Shown: piece after piece, positions 48,487-58,436 of the stretch
How positions within the stretch are numbered: position 1 is the first letter of the stretch
Layout: each line of letters begins with the position of its first letter
From: Macrostomum lignano
Taxonomy: Eukaryota
Assembly: GCA_002269645.1 (NCBI GenBank)
Contig: NIVC01003145.1
Span: 52,803-116,802 of the forward strand
Direction: 5' to 3'
Length of the DNA stretch: 64,000 nucleotides
The notes under the pieces: model-generated
Told to the model about the DNA's origin: nothing
The model's database searches: none
The model's input: only the letters and a program-made list of their open reading frames with translations
Program-made: the position numbers and the translations under genes

Positions 48487-49390
48487 TGCATCTGCATCAT
48501 GATATCTGCATCATGATATCTGCATCATGATATCTGCATCATGATATCTGCATCATGATATCTGCATCATGATATCTGCATCATGATATCTGCATCATGA
48601 TATCTGCATCATGATATCTGCATCATGATATCTGCATCATGATATCTGCATCATGATATCTGCATCATGATATCTGCATCATGATATCTGCATCATGATA
48701 TCTGCATCATGATATCTGCATCATGATATCTGCATCATGATATCTTCATCATGATATCTGCATCATGATATCTGCATCATGATATCTGCATCATGATATC
48801 TGCATCATGATATCTGCATCATGATATCTGCATCATGATATCTGCATCATGATATCTGCATCATGATATCTGCATCATGATATCTGCATCATGATATCTG
48901 CATCATGATATCTGCATCATGATATCTGCATCATGATATCTGCATCATGATATCTGCATCATGATATCTGCATCATGATATCTGCATCATGATATCTGCA
49001 TCATGATATCTGCATCATGATATCTGCATCATGATATCTGCATCATGATATCTTCATCATGATATCTGCATCATGATATCTGCATCATGATATCTGCATC
49101 ATGATATCTGCATCATGATATCTGCATCATGATATCTGCATCATGATATCTGCATCATGATATCTTCATCATGATATCTGCATCATGATATCTGCATCAT
49201 GATATCTGCATCATGATATCTGCATCATCATCATCTGCATCATCATCATCTGCATCATCATCATCTGCATCATCATCTCCTGCATCATCATATCTGCATC
49301 ATCTTCTGCATCATCATCTTCTGCATCATCATCATCTGCATCATCATCTTCTGCATCATCATATCTGCATCATCATCATTATCTGCATCA
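48487..49390. repeat. 14-bp repeat (ATCTGCATCATGAT)n degrading into CAT-rich repeats
   Basis: Each unit contains the palindrome ATCATGAT. Confidence 0.95.
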
Positions 49391-49753
49391 TATTTACAAC
49401 GCCATAATAAACAGACATGACAACTGTCAGAGAATCTTCTGCATCTGAGCTTCCAGATAGGTGGGGAAAATAATGTAGGATTGACATTCAGTTTTGAGTG
49501 CGTTAATGTCTTGGCCACGAGTGCAGCGCACGAGTGCCATAGACATTTACGCACTCAAAACTGAATGTCAGACGCATTGTACGAACGCGAAATTATTCTC
49601 TCTGGTGGCCATAGACATCCGATATCTGCACGCTTTTCGGGTATCAGCGATAGACATAACGTTATATCTATATAACTTTAAGAGCGTTTGAAGTTTAAGA
49701 AGTGCACAGAAATCACGCGATCTACAACTTGACCATGGAGCCACCGGCTAAGC

Positions 49754-50266
49754 GTGTCTACTATGTACGAGCTAGACTACAAGAAACTGCCATGGAGAAG
49801 CCATTTCGGAATGTCATCATCAAAGATTGATATTCTCCTTCAACAGCAAACCGAGGAGCGGTTTTTGGAAAAGCAAATGGACGAGCGTCTGGTCGAGCAA
49901 ACGTCAAATGGAGATGGCGAGTTTGAGCTGCCCGAGGATATTGACCTGGATGGCATGTTCAACTGCGTGCCTAGCGTTAAAGACCTCGAAAAAGCTATCA
50001 ACGACCTAGAAGACAGTGTCGCGATTAACAATACCAGACGACAGACGGATCAGTACGTCAAAAGGCTGTTGGCCTTCATGCAATCGAATCCGTCATTAAA
50101 AATTGACCTGCTGACGGCTGAGCCGGAGGATGTCAACCGTGTGCTGCGAGTGTTCTACGGCACGGCTTGTAAGCCTGACGGCGGATTTCATTCACCAGCG
50201 TCGCTAATCTGCATTTGTGCGGCCTTGACACTCAACTTTCATGGAAACGTGAGTGTGCACCTTTAA
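49754..50266 (+). pseudogene. Crypton-like (KCTD1/QRICH1/ZMYM-related) tyrosine-recombinase N-terminal fragment
   Basis: NNTRRQT...DVNRVLRVFYGTACKPDGGFHSPASLICICAAL resembles the Crypton NT..T / L..FY....K.DG..Y...SL motif; no catalytic domain recognised downstream. Confidence 0.45.
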
Positions 50267-51502
50267 TTTGCCAAAATGACGGTACCTTTTTTACAACTAC
50301 TTTAAAATGGACAATACTGCGAGTGACGCAGGCCTCTCATAAAGTTCTTTGCAGTTGTTTCGTTAAATTTTCACTTAAAATATACACACTGACAAACTAT
50401 GTTAAAGTTTTGCCATAGACATAAATTATCTGCACGATTTTTTATGATCAGCACGCTTTTTGTATAGACTGACTATAGGATTTTACCATAGACATAGGCG
50501 TTATCTGCACGCTTGAGCGTTGTACAATGGATTCGGTCAGTGTTTAATATTCGGTTTCCAGCTTACACTTTATTACATTCAGGAATGTGGGCGGTTCGAA
50601 TTTGACATTTGGTTCCGCATGGCAATGAGATGGCATCCATTAACTGCGAAAGCTCAACATTTAGATTAATTCATTAGCAAAGGAGTTCTTTTCTGGGACG
50701 TATATAAATATGGCTGCATATCAACTCTAGAGTGCGTGTTGTAAAAATACAAGACTGAATTCGAAGACATTTAATAATGCACTTTTGCACATTTGCACTT
50801 CGATGCCAATTTTTTAGCACAACTTTCAGACGAGTCTTGTATTTTTTAGATCAACTTGTAGACAATTGTTGTCAAGCAGATATTCGATTCGAACAAAATA
50901 CTAAACTGTTGACTGAGAATTTAGAATTTAGAAATCTAGATGTACCTCATGGTTATGCATCATCAGTTTTTTGGTACAAATTCAGACGCGACACTTTGAA
51001 CGCGTCATGTAACGAAGTGGCTACAGTGTGTCTCCAGGTGCTTCTTTCTATATATACGAAGCAAAAGGTAGCCATTTTCGACAACTGTTGTTCTTGAAAC
51101 ACACTGAATGCAGCTGCAAAGATACAAATTATAGCAGAGTTTTCGAATTTGGCTTGCAGCCTTGACTACTGCTGGGATCGGCGGAGCACAAAGAATCCGC
51201 CGACACATCCAGACACCTACCTGGGGTCACTGTTGCCTCTCGCTTTGGCTTGGCCATTCCGTGAATAATGGCGAAAGCATTCCTTCGATCTGCATTCGGC
51301 AGATGTGCGCGATAATTTAAATATGGAATGCTCTCCGGAGAATGCATAGCGCTGAATGGGGCTTTCTATAGCGTTCTTTATCAGCCTCTCGGTCATTTCT
51401 AAGAAAATCCAGTTTAGAGCGTCCTCATCCGTGCCACTGTAGGGGACCACCCTACGGAAGCTGCCATCACACGGCTTTTATGAATAGGCACACACAGTCC
51501 CC

Positions 51503-52091
51503 AGCAGGGGCGTCGCCACCGGGGGGGGGAGAGGGGGACATGCCCCCCCCCAGTAAAAGATATGGGAGGGCATGCCAATGCTTTCTCCCCTCCCATCCAA
51601 CTTTGTGTCCCGTTATGGAAATTAATAATTTTGCTACAGGGCAACAAAATATAGCGCCTGTGGCGCCAAAATGAGTGTCTGCGGCGCTAAAATGAGTGCC
51701 TGCAGCGCTAAAATGAGTACCTGCAGCGCTAAAATGAGTGCCTATGGCGCAAAAATGAGTACCTGCGGCGCTAAAATGAGTACCTGCAGCGCTAAAATGA
51801 GTACCTGCAGCGCTAAAATGAGTACCTGCAGCGCTAAAATGAGTACCTGCAGCGCTAAAATGAGTACCTGCGGCGCTAAAATGAGTGCCTGCGGCGCTAA
51901 AATAAGTGCCTGCGGCGCTAAAATGAGTTCCTGTGGCGCTAAAATGAGTGCCTGCGGCGCTAAAATGAATGCCTGTGGCGCCAAAATGAGTGCCTGTGGC
52001 GCCAAAATGTACAAAAATAATATGTAATTGTACACGTAGCTTTCTTGGCTTGTCCCCCCCCCACCATAAAATCCATGGCGACGCCCCTGCT
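51503..52091. mobile_element. MITE-like element with 16-bp TIRs and an internal 21-bp minisatellite (51665-52007)
   Basis: AGCAGGGGCGTCGCCA (51503-51518) is the reverse complement of TGGCGACGCCCCTGCT (52076-52091); no clear TSD. Confidence 0.7.
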
Positions 52092-52327
52092 CCCTGGCCA
52101 TGATGATAAGGGGTGTGAGCTGGTCGGGAAGTTGCCCTATAACCGAAGCTGGGATCCTTTGTGGCTGTGACTGACGAAAATCCCAGCGTGCTAGGCTACT
52201 AAGAGTGGTATGAGGGAACTTGAACTCACTGGTTTCCAAATGTTCAGTGTGAGAAGGGTCCTACGAATTCCGTCCATTGCGATGCTTCCAACCTTCCAAT
52301 GCCATCTCTGCCACTCACAATCCCGCA

Positions 52328-52597
52328 AGTAGTATAGAAAAAGACGCTTCTAGACCCAGAGCACTTTTTTAATGACCGTTTTAAGGGTCTAGAGGGGGGA
52401 CACGGGGGGTAAATAAAAAAACACATCTAAACACCATTAACACATCTAATCACCCATAATCACCCCTAACAATAAAAATCAATCCCAACACTTCCAAACA
52501 CTCCCCAACACCCCCCTCGCGTCCCCCCTCTTAAGACCTTACAAACGGCCATTAAAATAAGGTCTGATCTAGAAGCGTCTTTTTCTATACTACTACT
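52328..52597. repeat. Fold-back inverted repeat at the left end of the Polinton
   Basis: AGTAGTATAGAAAAAGACGCTTCTAGA (52328-52354) is perfectly inverted at 52568-52594; the arms extend imperfectly to about 85 bp around a ~100-bp A/C-rich loop. Confidence 0.9.
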
Positions 52598-52651
52598 CTA
52601 TAACCCCTTGCCCGCGCCGCAGGCGCGAAGGGTCTTTTTCTGTTACTAAAA

Positions 52652-52966
52652 ATGACCCGAGTTTACACCTTTTCTGTTAGTGATACTTTTGAGACTGTTG
52701 CTAAAAATGCAGAGATAATAAAACAACATATTTTGAATGGAATAATTGATGAAGTTTATTTAAAATATGACGACAAGCATGACCTAAAGCTTTATCCATT
52801 AGAGCTGGATGAGATGTATGATTTAGAACAAGAGGGTGAGTTAATATTTCAACTTGGAGATTATTTAAATTCGGATGATTGGGAGGTTAGATCAACAGAT
52901 TCCGAATCAACAAATAGTTCATATGAAACCAGTGATTCAGAGAATGAAAGTGAAATTTTTATGTGA
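52652..52966 (+). CDS. Polinton hypothetical acidic protein (104 aa)
   Basis: ORF preceded by TAAAAATG like the other viral genes; no family recognised. Confidence 0.6.
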   Translation: MTRVYTFSVSDTFETVAKNAEIIKQHILNGIIDEVYLKYDDKHDLKLYPLELDEMYDLEQEGELIFQLGDYLNSDDWEVRSTDSESTNSSYETSDSENESEIFM

Positions 52967-52982
52967 AAAAAATATTTAAAAA

Positions 52983-53207
52983 ATGAACTATTATTCTATA
53001 ACAGAAACGACGTTTATTGTGAAAAATATATATAAAAAAATGAAGGTAAACTATTCCTACATCGGAAATGTTCCAATTAATGAACTTAATGAAAATTTAA
53101 GTTTGATAACAGTTGAACAAATGTCAATAATAATATTAGTAACAATTATAGTAATAATATTGTTTTTGTTTGTAATAAAAAATTTACTACCATGTTGTCT
53201 TAAGTAA
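52983..53207 (+). CDS. Polinton small membrane protein (74 aa)
   Basis: C-terminal hydrophobic stretch IIILVTIIVIILFLFVI. Confidence 0.5.
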   Translation: MNYYSITETTFIVKNIYKKMKVNYSYIGNVPINELNENLSLITVEQMSIIILVTIIVIILFLFVIKNLLPCCLK

Positions 53208-53217
53208 CTGTTTGAAC

Positions 53218-54366
53218 TTAGTTCGCAGACATTATTTGGTTCTCATAAAAAGAACCCAATATTTCTTCACCATCCTTATCAGCAATTATATAGGTTGTAG
53301 GATTTGTATTTAAAACTTTACTGATGGTAAATTTCTCACTTATTTTCCAATATCCTTTTCTTCCCTTTTCAAACTTATCTTTCCATTTATAGATATAAAC
53401 AGAATCACCAACCTTAAAACCTTTAGTTTTCTTTTTTTCAAAATCTCCAAAAGTAACCCTAACATTTTCAGGATTGTTATAAGCTTGTTGAGGAGTCATC
53501 TTTATCGCCGAATGATATGAATTGTTATAATCTTTCACTACGTCTGGTAATATTTTTACCCACTTTTGGTTACCATTAAGACTAAACTGAAACCATAATT
53601 TCTTACCTAAAGTTCGATTAAATCTTTCTATTAATGCGTTTTTACTCTCTCCATAAATAGAATAAATTTTATTAATATACTCCCCATTCGCGTCTTTTTT
53701 CCTTTCTTTTCCTTTTTCAAAATGATACAATTTATACATGTGAGGATTGTAAAATTCTTTTCCTTCGTCAACACACAACCTTTCACTTTTTTCTCCAAGA
53801 CTTCTAAAAGCAGCAGCAACCTCCTCTCCCTTTTTGGATTTTAAAGGAACAGCCCACGCGTATCGAGTAAAACCATCTAATATGGTTAAGATATATTTAT
53901 ATCCTCTTTCGTTCGGCATCGACATTAAATCAGCATACCAAATTTCATTCTTTTTGAAGTTCATGATTTTTCTATAAAATTTAGGTTTTCGATATTCTTT
54001 ATGAAGAATCTTTGCCTCATCAGAACTTAACCCGCCGCCACTTAACAACAAACACTCAACACAATTATTTCCATGTTGATTATAATTAATTCCCAAACCA
54101 AATTTAACTTTAGACTGCAAGATCTTTTTAACCATCCACCTAGTTAATTTTTGACCTACCGATAATCCCTGCAAGTTATCTAATCCTTGAATCATTTTTT
54201 GATCGGCTTCATGTTTTAATCTTAATGCTTCCTCGGGCGGGTTCTTGTCAGCATCTCTATATGCTAAGTCGTGATAGTATGCTAACCAATCAATCCCATT
54301 TATTGGAATTGAATCAGATTTTGGGGTGTCATCAGGATTTAATCTCAAATCTAAGCGAGTGCCGGG
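53218..54366 (-). CDS. PLA2-like domain / retroviral-type (rve) integrase fusion gene, exon 2
   Basis: PGTRL...YYHDLAY (PLA2 HDxxY), then Polinton integrase with the DDE triad (YADL, VDEGKEF, IERFNRT) and C-terminal FKVGD...GSFYE; spliced product 424 aa. Confidence 0.92.
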   Translation of the reverse strand, partial: PGTRLDLRLNPDDTPKSDSIPINGIDWLAYYHDLAYRDADKNPPEEALRLKHEADQKMIQGLDNLQGLSVGQKLTRWMVKKILQSKVKFGLGINYNQHGNNCVECLLLSGGGLSSDEAKILHKEYRKPKFYRKIMNFKKNEIWYADLMSMPNERGYKYILTILDGFTRYAWAVPLKSKKGEEVAAAFRSLGEKSERLCVDEGKEFYNPHMYKLYHFEKGKERKKDANGEYINKIYSIYGESKNALIERFNRTLGKKLWFQFSLNGNQKWVKILPDVVKDYNNSYHSAIKMTPQQAYNNPENVRVTFGDFEKKKTKGFKVGDSVYIYKWKDKFEKGRKGYWKISEKFTISKVLNTNPTTYIIADKDGEEILGSFYENQIMSAN

Positions 54367-54698
54367 TAGTTTACCCTCAATCTTTCGAAAGAGGCTGGAG
54401 CACACCTTAAGCGGTTAAATTACCGCCCATCTCCGTCTGCTCTCTGAACCTTCTCCTTATATTTAAAATACTTAGGAGCTTGGCTGCGCATTGCCACCGT
54501 GTCTTCAAGCTTGTTACCATCGAACCATAGGTTCGCGTGCAAAGCACGATTGGGAAGAGGAGTTACCTCTGTTCCTTCAAAAGATTTCTCAATTGAAGTG
54601 GTACTTGAAGCTGTATGATGGGTTTCACGCAATTTGGAGATGTCGCCACAAATAGTGACTAGCAAGGACATTGCCTTCCTCACTCAGGCCACGGGTTA
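54367..54698 (-). ncRNA. Group I self-splicing intron (IC1-like), 332 nt, without a homing ORF
   Basis: P1 CAGGU/GCCUG with U.G at the splice site; P3 CAUCUCC/GGAGAUG; P4 UGCGUG/UGCGCA; P7 G(A)GAGCA/UGCUCC; P8 GCGGU/ACCGC; A-rich bulge AUGGUAACAAGC; GAAA loops in L5b and L9; CCUAAG..UAAGG receptor. Removing it restores the ORF. Confidence 0.92.
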
Positions 54699-54824
54699 AC
54701 CTGTGAAGTTCATTGATGGTAGGTGTAGTTCCCCTGTATATTTACCAGTAGTAAAGATTGGTGGTAAGCTTGTTAATCCTTTTTGAACATCTAACAATCC
54801 TCCTTCAAACACTATTTGGTTCAT
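54699..54824 (-). CDS. PLA2-like domain / integrase fusion gene, exon 1 (MNQ...GELHLPSMNFTG)
   Basis: TAAAAATG start. ELHLPxxNFxG is the N-terminal half of the parvovirus-type PLA2 motif, and it joins exon 2 in frame to give NFTG|PGTRL. Confidence 0.85.
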
Positions 54825-55374
54825 TTTTAATAGCCTTAAAAATACATGAAAGCACCAATTGTTTTGCAAACTCTTCAATGGTTGGTTGTTTAACTTTTTT
54901 ATAGTTATTATCTACGCTAGTTAAGTATCTTTTATTTGTCCAATGTTCAGACTTTTTCATCTGATCTTCATCTTTGTAACTAAACGAAGAAGCGGGAATG
55001 AAATGATCAATATCTAAATTTCCAGTATAATCTTTTGAAACATAATATTTTCTTGTGAAATTTAACCAATCAAAAAAGAATTCTTTTGTGCAATCAAGAT
55101 ATGAGATATAGTCCTTGTCATTAAAATTTTTCAACGCCCAATTTATTCTATTTCTAATTAAAACAATATGTTTGTAATTATCATCATTGTGATACTTGTT
55201 TTTTCTATATTCATTAAATTTATCTTTATTGTTTTTCATCCAAATAGTAGATGAGGTATTATGACAAGATCGACAATCATTTCTAAATTTTTTTGAATCA
55301 TTTCTCCAAAAATAAAATTCTTTCGTCATTGGTTTTTCTTGTTTACACTTAATACAAATCTTTTTAGGTTCCAT
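54805..55374 (-). CDS. HNH-type endonuclease with an N-terminal Cys4 zinc finger (free-standing homing-endonuclease-like)
   Basis: CIKC...CRSC; IDHFIPASSF...HWTNKRYL..VDNNYKK resembles the DHIIP...N...L...N..K HNH motif; overlaps exon 1 of the next gene by 20 nt. Confidence 0.75.
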   Translation of the reverse strand: MEPKKICIKCKQEKPMTKEFYFWRNDSKKFRNDCRSCHNTSSTIWMKNNKDKFNEYRKNKYHNDDNYKHIVLIRNRINWALKNFNDKDYISYLDCTKEFFFDWLNFTRKYYVSKDYTGNLDIDHFIPASSFSYKDEDQMKKSEHWTNKRYLTSVDNNYKKVKQPTIEEFAKQLVLSCIFKAIKNEPNSV

Positions 55375-55401
55375 TTTATAAAAAATAAATTTAACAATTA
55401 A

Positions 55402-56073
55402 TTAAACTCCAGTATGTCCAGCAGCTTTCGCAGCAGCTAAAACAAGTTTTCGCGGTGTTTTAAATCCTTCTCCAACAGCTGGTTTGTTATTTATAGAATT
55501 AACAATCCTTTTATACAAGCTGGTATTTTTAGCAGCTCTTACTCCCAACTCATCATAAAAAATTTTTGCACTTACTAATTCATCCCTAGTATATAATTCA
55601 GGGTTAAATTTTACCCTAGGGTTCATAACAATATTATATGCTCCGCCCAATTCTCTATATAGTTCATTTCGATTTTTATCAACTCCACCAATTCGATAAT
55701 TATTATTACCTAAATCTGTCACAGCAATACTAGTTGGTGCAGCTCTCGGATATTCATCAACTCCACCCCTTTCTGCAGCCCTAATCTCTGCAACTCTCAA
55801 TTGAGCTTGATCAACATCATAAGCTGGCGGCTCATCCAAAATTTCATCCTCTTTTGGCTCCGTATTTTTAGCAATTTTTTCCAGAAGATCTTTATCTGTT
55901 TTTTCTAGTTCACTAATTTTCCCAGTAATAGGATTAACAAAAGGAGCAGCAAATCTTTCACCAGCTAATTGTATTCCTAACTTTCTTTTTTGTAAATTTC
56001 TAACAAAATCAGAATATCTTTGCTTCTCTTTATAAATCGCTAACTCTCCATCAACGTCCATAAATTGACTCAT
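55402..56073 (-). CDS. Polinton hypothetical protein (223 aa), possible virion core protein
   Basis: TAAAAAATG start; the C-terminus LVLAAAKAAGHTGV resembles a motif recurrent in Polinton accessory proteins (recalled, not searched). Confidence 0.6.
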   Translation of the reverse strand: MSQFMDVDGELAIYKEKQRYSDFVRNLQKRKLGIQLAGERFAAPFVNPITGKISELEKTDKDLLEKIAKNTEPKEDEILDEPPAYDVDQAQLRVAEIRAAERGGVDEYPRAAPTSIAVTDLGNNNYRIGGVDKNRNELYRELGGAYNIVMNPRVKFNPELYTRDELVSAKIFYDELGVRAAKNTSLYKRIVNSINNKPAVGEGFKTPRKLVLAAAKAAGHTGV

Positions 56074-56107
56074 TTTTTAACATAAAAAACTTTTTTAACT
56101 TAAAAAA

Positions 56108-57577
56108 ATGGCTGAAACAAAAACTATGTGGAGTGATAAATTTCATTTCAAAAAGCACCGACAGTATATTAATGAGGTCAGAGCAAGAGATTTAAATTAT
56201 ACCCTACCAACAAGTGATAATTCAAATAACTTTACTACTGGAACGGTAACTTTTGACATCGGCGCAACCAACACTATATTGGATATGAAAAATGCATTTT
56301 TCCGTGTTAGATGGTTGTATACTAGAAATGATGGAACTGCTCTTGCAGCCGGAGATATCGCAGATCGATCCGGAATAATAATAGAAAATGATTGGTTTTA
56401 TAAATGTTTTTCCCAAGCTCAACTAACTGTTAATGGTGCTGAGGTTGAGACATCATCAAACCCCGCAGAGATTAATGGAGTTTTGAAACATTTAAATTAT
56501 ACTTATTTATCAAAACAAGTTGGTGATAATGTTGGGTGGATGCCGGATAAAGGTAACGGTCAAGCAGTAGTTTTCCCTAATGTACAAAACGCAGCCGGTG
56601 CAGATACTGCAGCGCTAATTGTTTACCTTAATACAAACATAGTTCCAGTTGTAACCACTATGACTAATACAAAAGATATTAATACTGGTTTTATAGATAG
56701 ACAGACTAAATTCCCAGTAGCGGTTTTAACCACAGCAACAGCATATGAGCAGGACTTTTCAATCTTCCGCTATTTGGGTTCTTCTCACCAAATCGGTATG
56801 GAAAGGATTAAAATTTGGGATACAGTTGCAAATATCTGGTGGATATCAGCCTAGGATACTTTATGGAACCTCAATTTCAACCGATATAGCAGTTCGTATA
56901 GATTCAATTCAATTAGTCGTACCAACTATTGAGGTAACAGCCCCACTTTTAAAACACATCGATAATCAGTTAACGCATGATCAGGAAATATTTTATTTGA
57001 ATCGTCGACATTTTATGCGAACCATTAATAATAACCAGGATTCATTCCAGTGGCAAATACTGACATCAAAACGTCGGGTGAGATATATTTTTGTTTGGTT
57101 TAAGATAACAAATAGAAGGAGTAAAAGAGCAAATGGGGATTTATATTGGCTTCAATCCGGTGCCATAGCAGAACAAGCAGCCACCGCAACAGACAATGCG
57201 GCTGCAGCTATTAACGAGTTTAATGTTCAGAATATCCGCCTGCAGGTTGATGATCAATATTATCCGGTTAAAGACCCCTAAATTTAAATATAGCAAATAA
57301 TAATGTTAATGATTTTATAAAATATTATCAAGATTATGCTAAAAATGAAGCGTATGCCGTCCCTCAGTACACACCCACAGAGTTTCTAAACATTCATCCA
57401 GTGGTTGTTTATGATCTAACGGCACAGAAAGAAAACGTAGCCAATATTGGACTTAATTATATGTTAGAGATTAATAAAACTGGTAATCAGGCACTTGACG
57501 CCCACGTATTGTTTCTAGAGGAATATATGTCAATTGCTAAAGCTGATGGCACGATTGTTCGGGACGCGCCACTTTAG
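56108..57577 (+). CDS. Major capsid protein (double jelly-roll), two single-base frameshifts near 56780 and 57278
   Basis: FSQAQLTVNGAEVE...VGW; the second frame continues TKSVWKGLKFGIQL...QYYPVKDP; the third continues LNLNI...EFLNIHPVVVYDLTAQKE...APL-stop at 57575-57577. Confidence 0.85.
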
Positions 57578-57660
57578 TGTCGCAGTGCAAAGCACGTCGC
57601 CCCCGCTGTAAGCGGCGCAGGTCTCCGACCGTCGCGCCTATTTAAATTATTTCTTTAAAA

Positions 57661-58422
57661 ATGGTAAAGGCAAAACACGATAAGATATTTCCAAATGATC
57701 CTTTTCTTTGTTTAGTAATCGGAGGATCAGGTAAAGGAAAAACACACTTTGTTTACGATTTATTAACAACAGATGGAATGCTAGACTATAATAATTTAAT
57801 AATTTATACTAATAAACCTAGAATAAAATATTATGAATTTCTTAAACATGGATTAAAAAACAAATTAAAAAAAGATGTCTTGTTTAGAATGTTAAGAGCA
57901 TATGAGCAATATGAGGATGATGACGAACCGCGATTTACACTCGATGACATTGAGGATTTATGTAAAACAATGGCACAACAGCCAGAAAACATCACCGAAC
58001 GAGCCCCAACTGTTAGAGTATCAACCCGATTAGCCTATGATCAAATTCCAAAACATGATAAAACACTAATTATTTTTGATGATTGTATTAATGACGGTGA
58101 TCAAGAATTGCAAAAGGAAATTTTTGTTAGTGGTAGAGGAGATGGAATTGGAGCTTTTTATCTAACACAGTCCTTTAGAGAATTAGAATCGATTATAAAA
58201 AAGAATGCAAGTTGTTGTGTAATGTTTGATTTAGATAATTATGATTTACAAAATATACACGCTAGATTTAATCCCGGGTTGGATGCAAAACCATTTAAAA
58301 GTATGTGTAAAAAAATTTGGGATGATAGCCAATACAAACATATTTATATCAATCCGAGGTTAGAAAGGAAAAATCGAATCTTAAAAGATCTTATAAAAGA
58401 AGACAATGAGGAAGAAGAATAA
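57661..58422 (+). CDS. A32/FtsK-like DNA packaging ATPase
   Basis: Walker A GGSGKGKT, Walker B LIIFDD, and the SGRG...FYLTQS motif. Confidence 0.93.
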   Translation: MVKAKHDKIFPNDPFLCLVIGGSGKGKTHFVYDLLTTDGMLDYNNLIIYTNKPRIKYYEFLKHGLKNKLKKDVLFRMLRAYEQYEDDDEPRFTLDDIEDLCKTMAQQPENITERAPTVRVSTRLAYDQIPKHDKTLIIFDDCINDGDQELQKEIFVSGRGDGIGAFYLTQSFRELESIIKKNASCCVMFDLDNYDLQNIHARFNPGLDAKPFKSMCKKIWDDSQYKHIYINPRLERKNRILKDLIKEDNEEEE

Positions 58423-58436
58423 TTCCCACTATAAAA

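Noticed and set aside
52140-52190. Hammerhead ribozyme near GCTGGGAT...CTGACGAAA...ATCCCAGC
   Set aside because: A stem is present, but the CUGANGA and GAAA core elements are not separately arranged as required.
54367-54405. GTG start at 54405 for the integrase ORF
   Set aside because: These 13 codons lie in the intron 3' domain (P7/P9). The real start is probably ATG 54824 in exon 1, which supplies the missing half of the PLA2 motif.
54420-54683. 87-aa ORF inside the intron as a possible homing endonuclease
   Set aside because: No LAGLIDADG, GIY-YIG, HNH or His-Cys motif; it runs through the conserved ribozyme core and is probably incidental.
54367-54700. Insertion read as a piggyBac-like element (TTAACCC...GGGTAAA) or a spliceosomal intron
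   Set aside because: Excision at TTAA leaves a stop codon. GT...AG choices do not restore GPGT. The group I core pairings explain the whole insertion.
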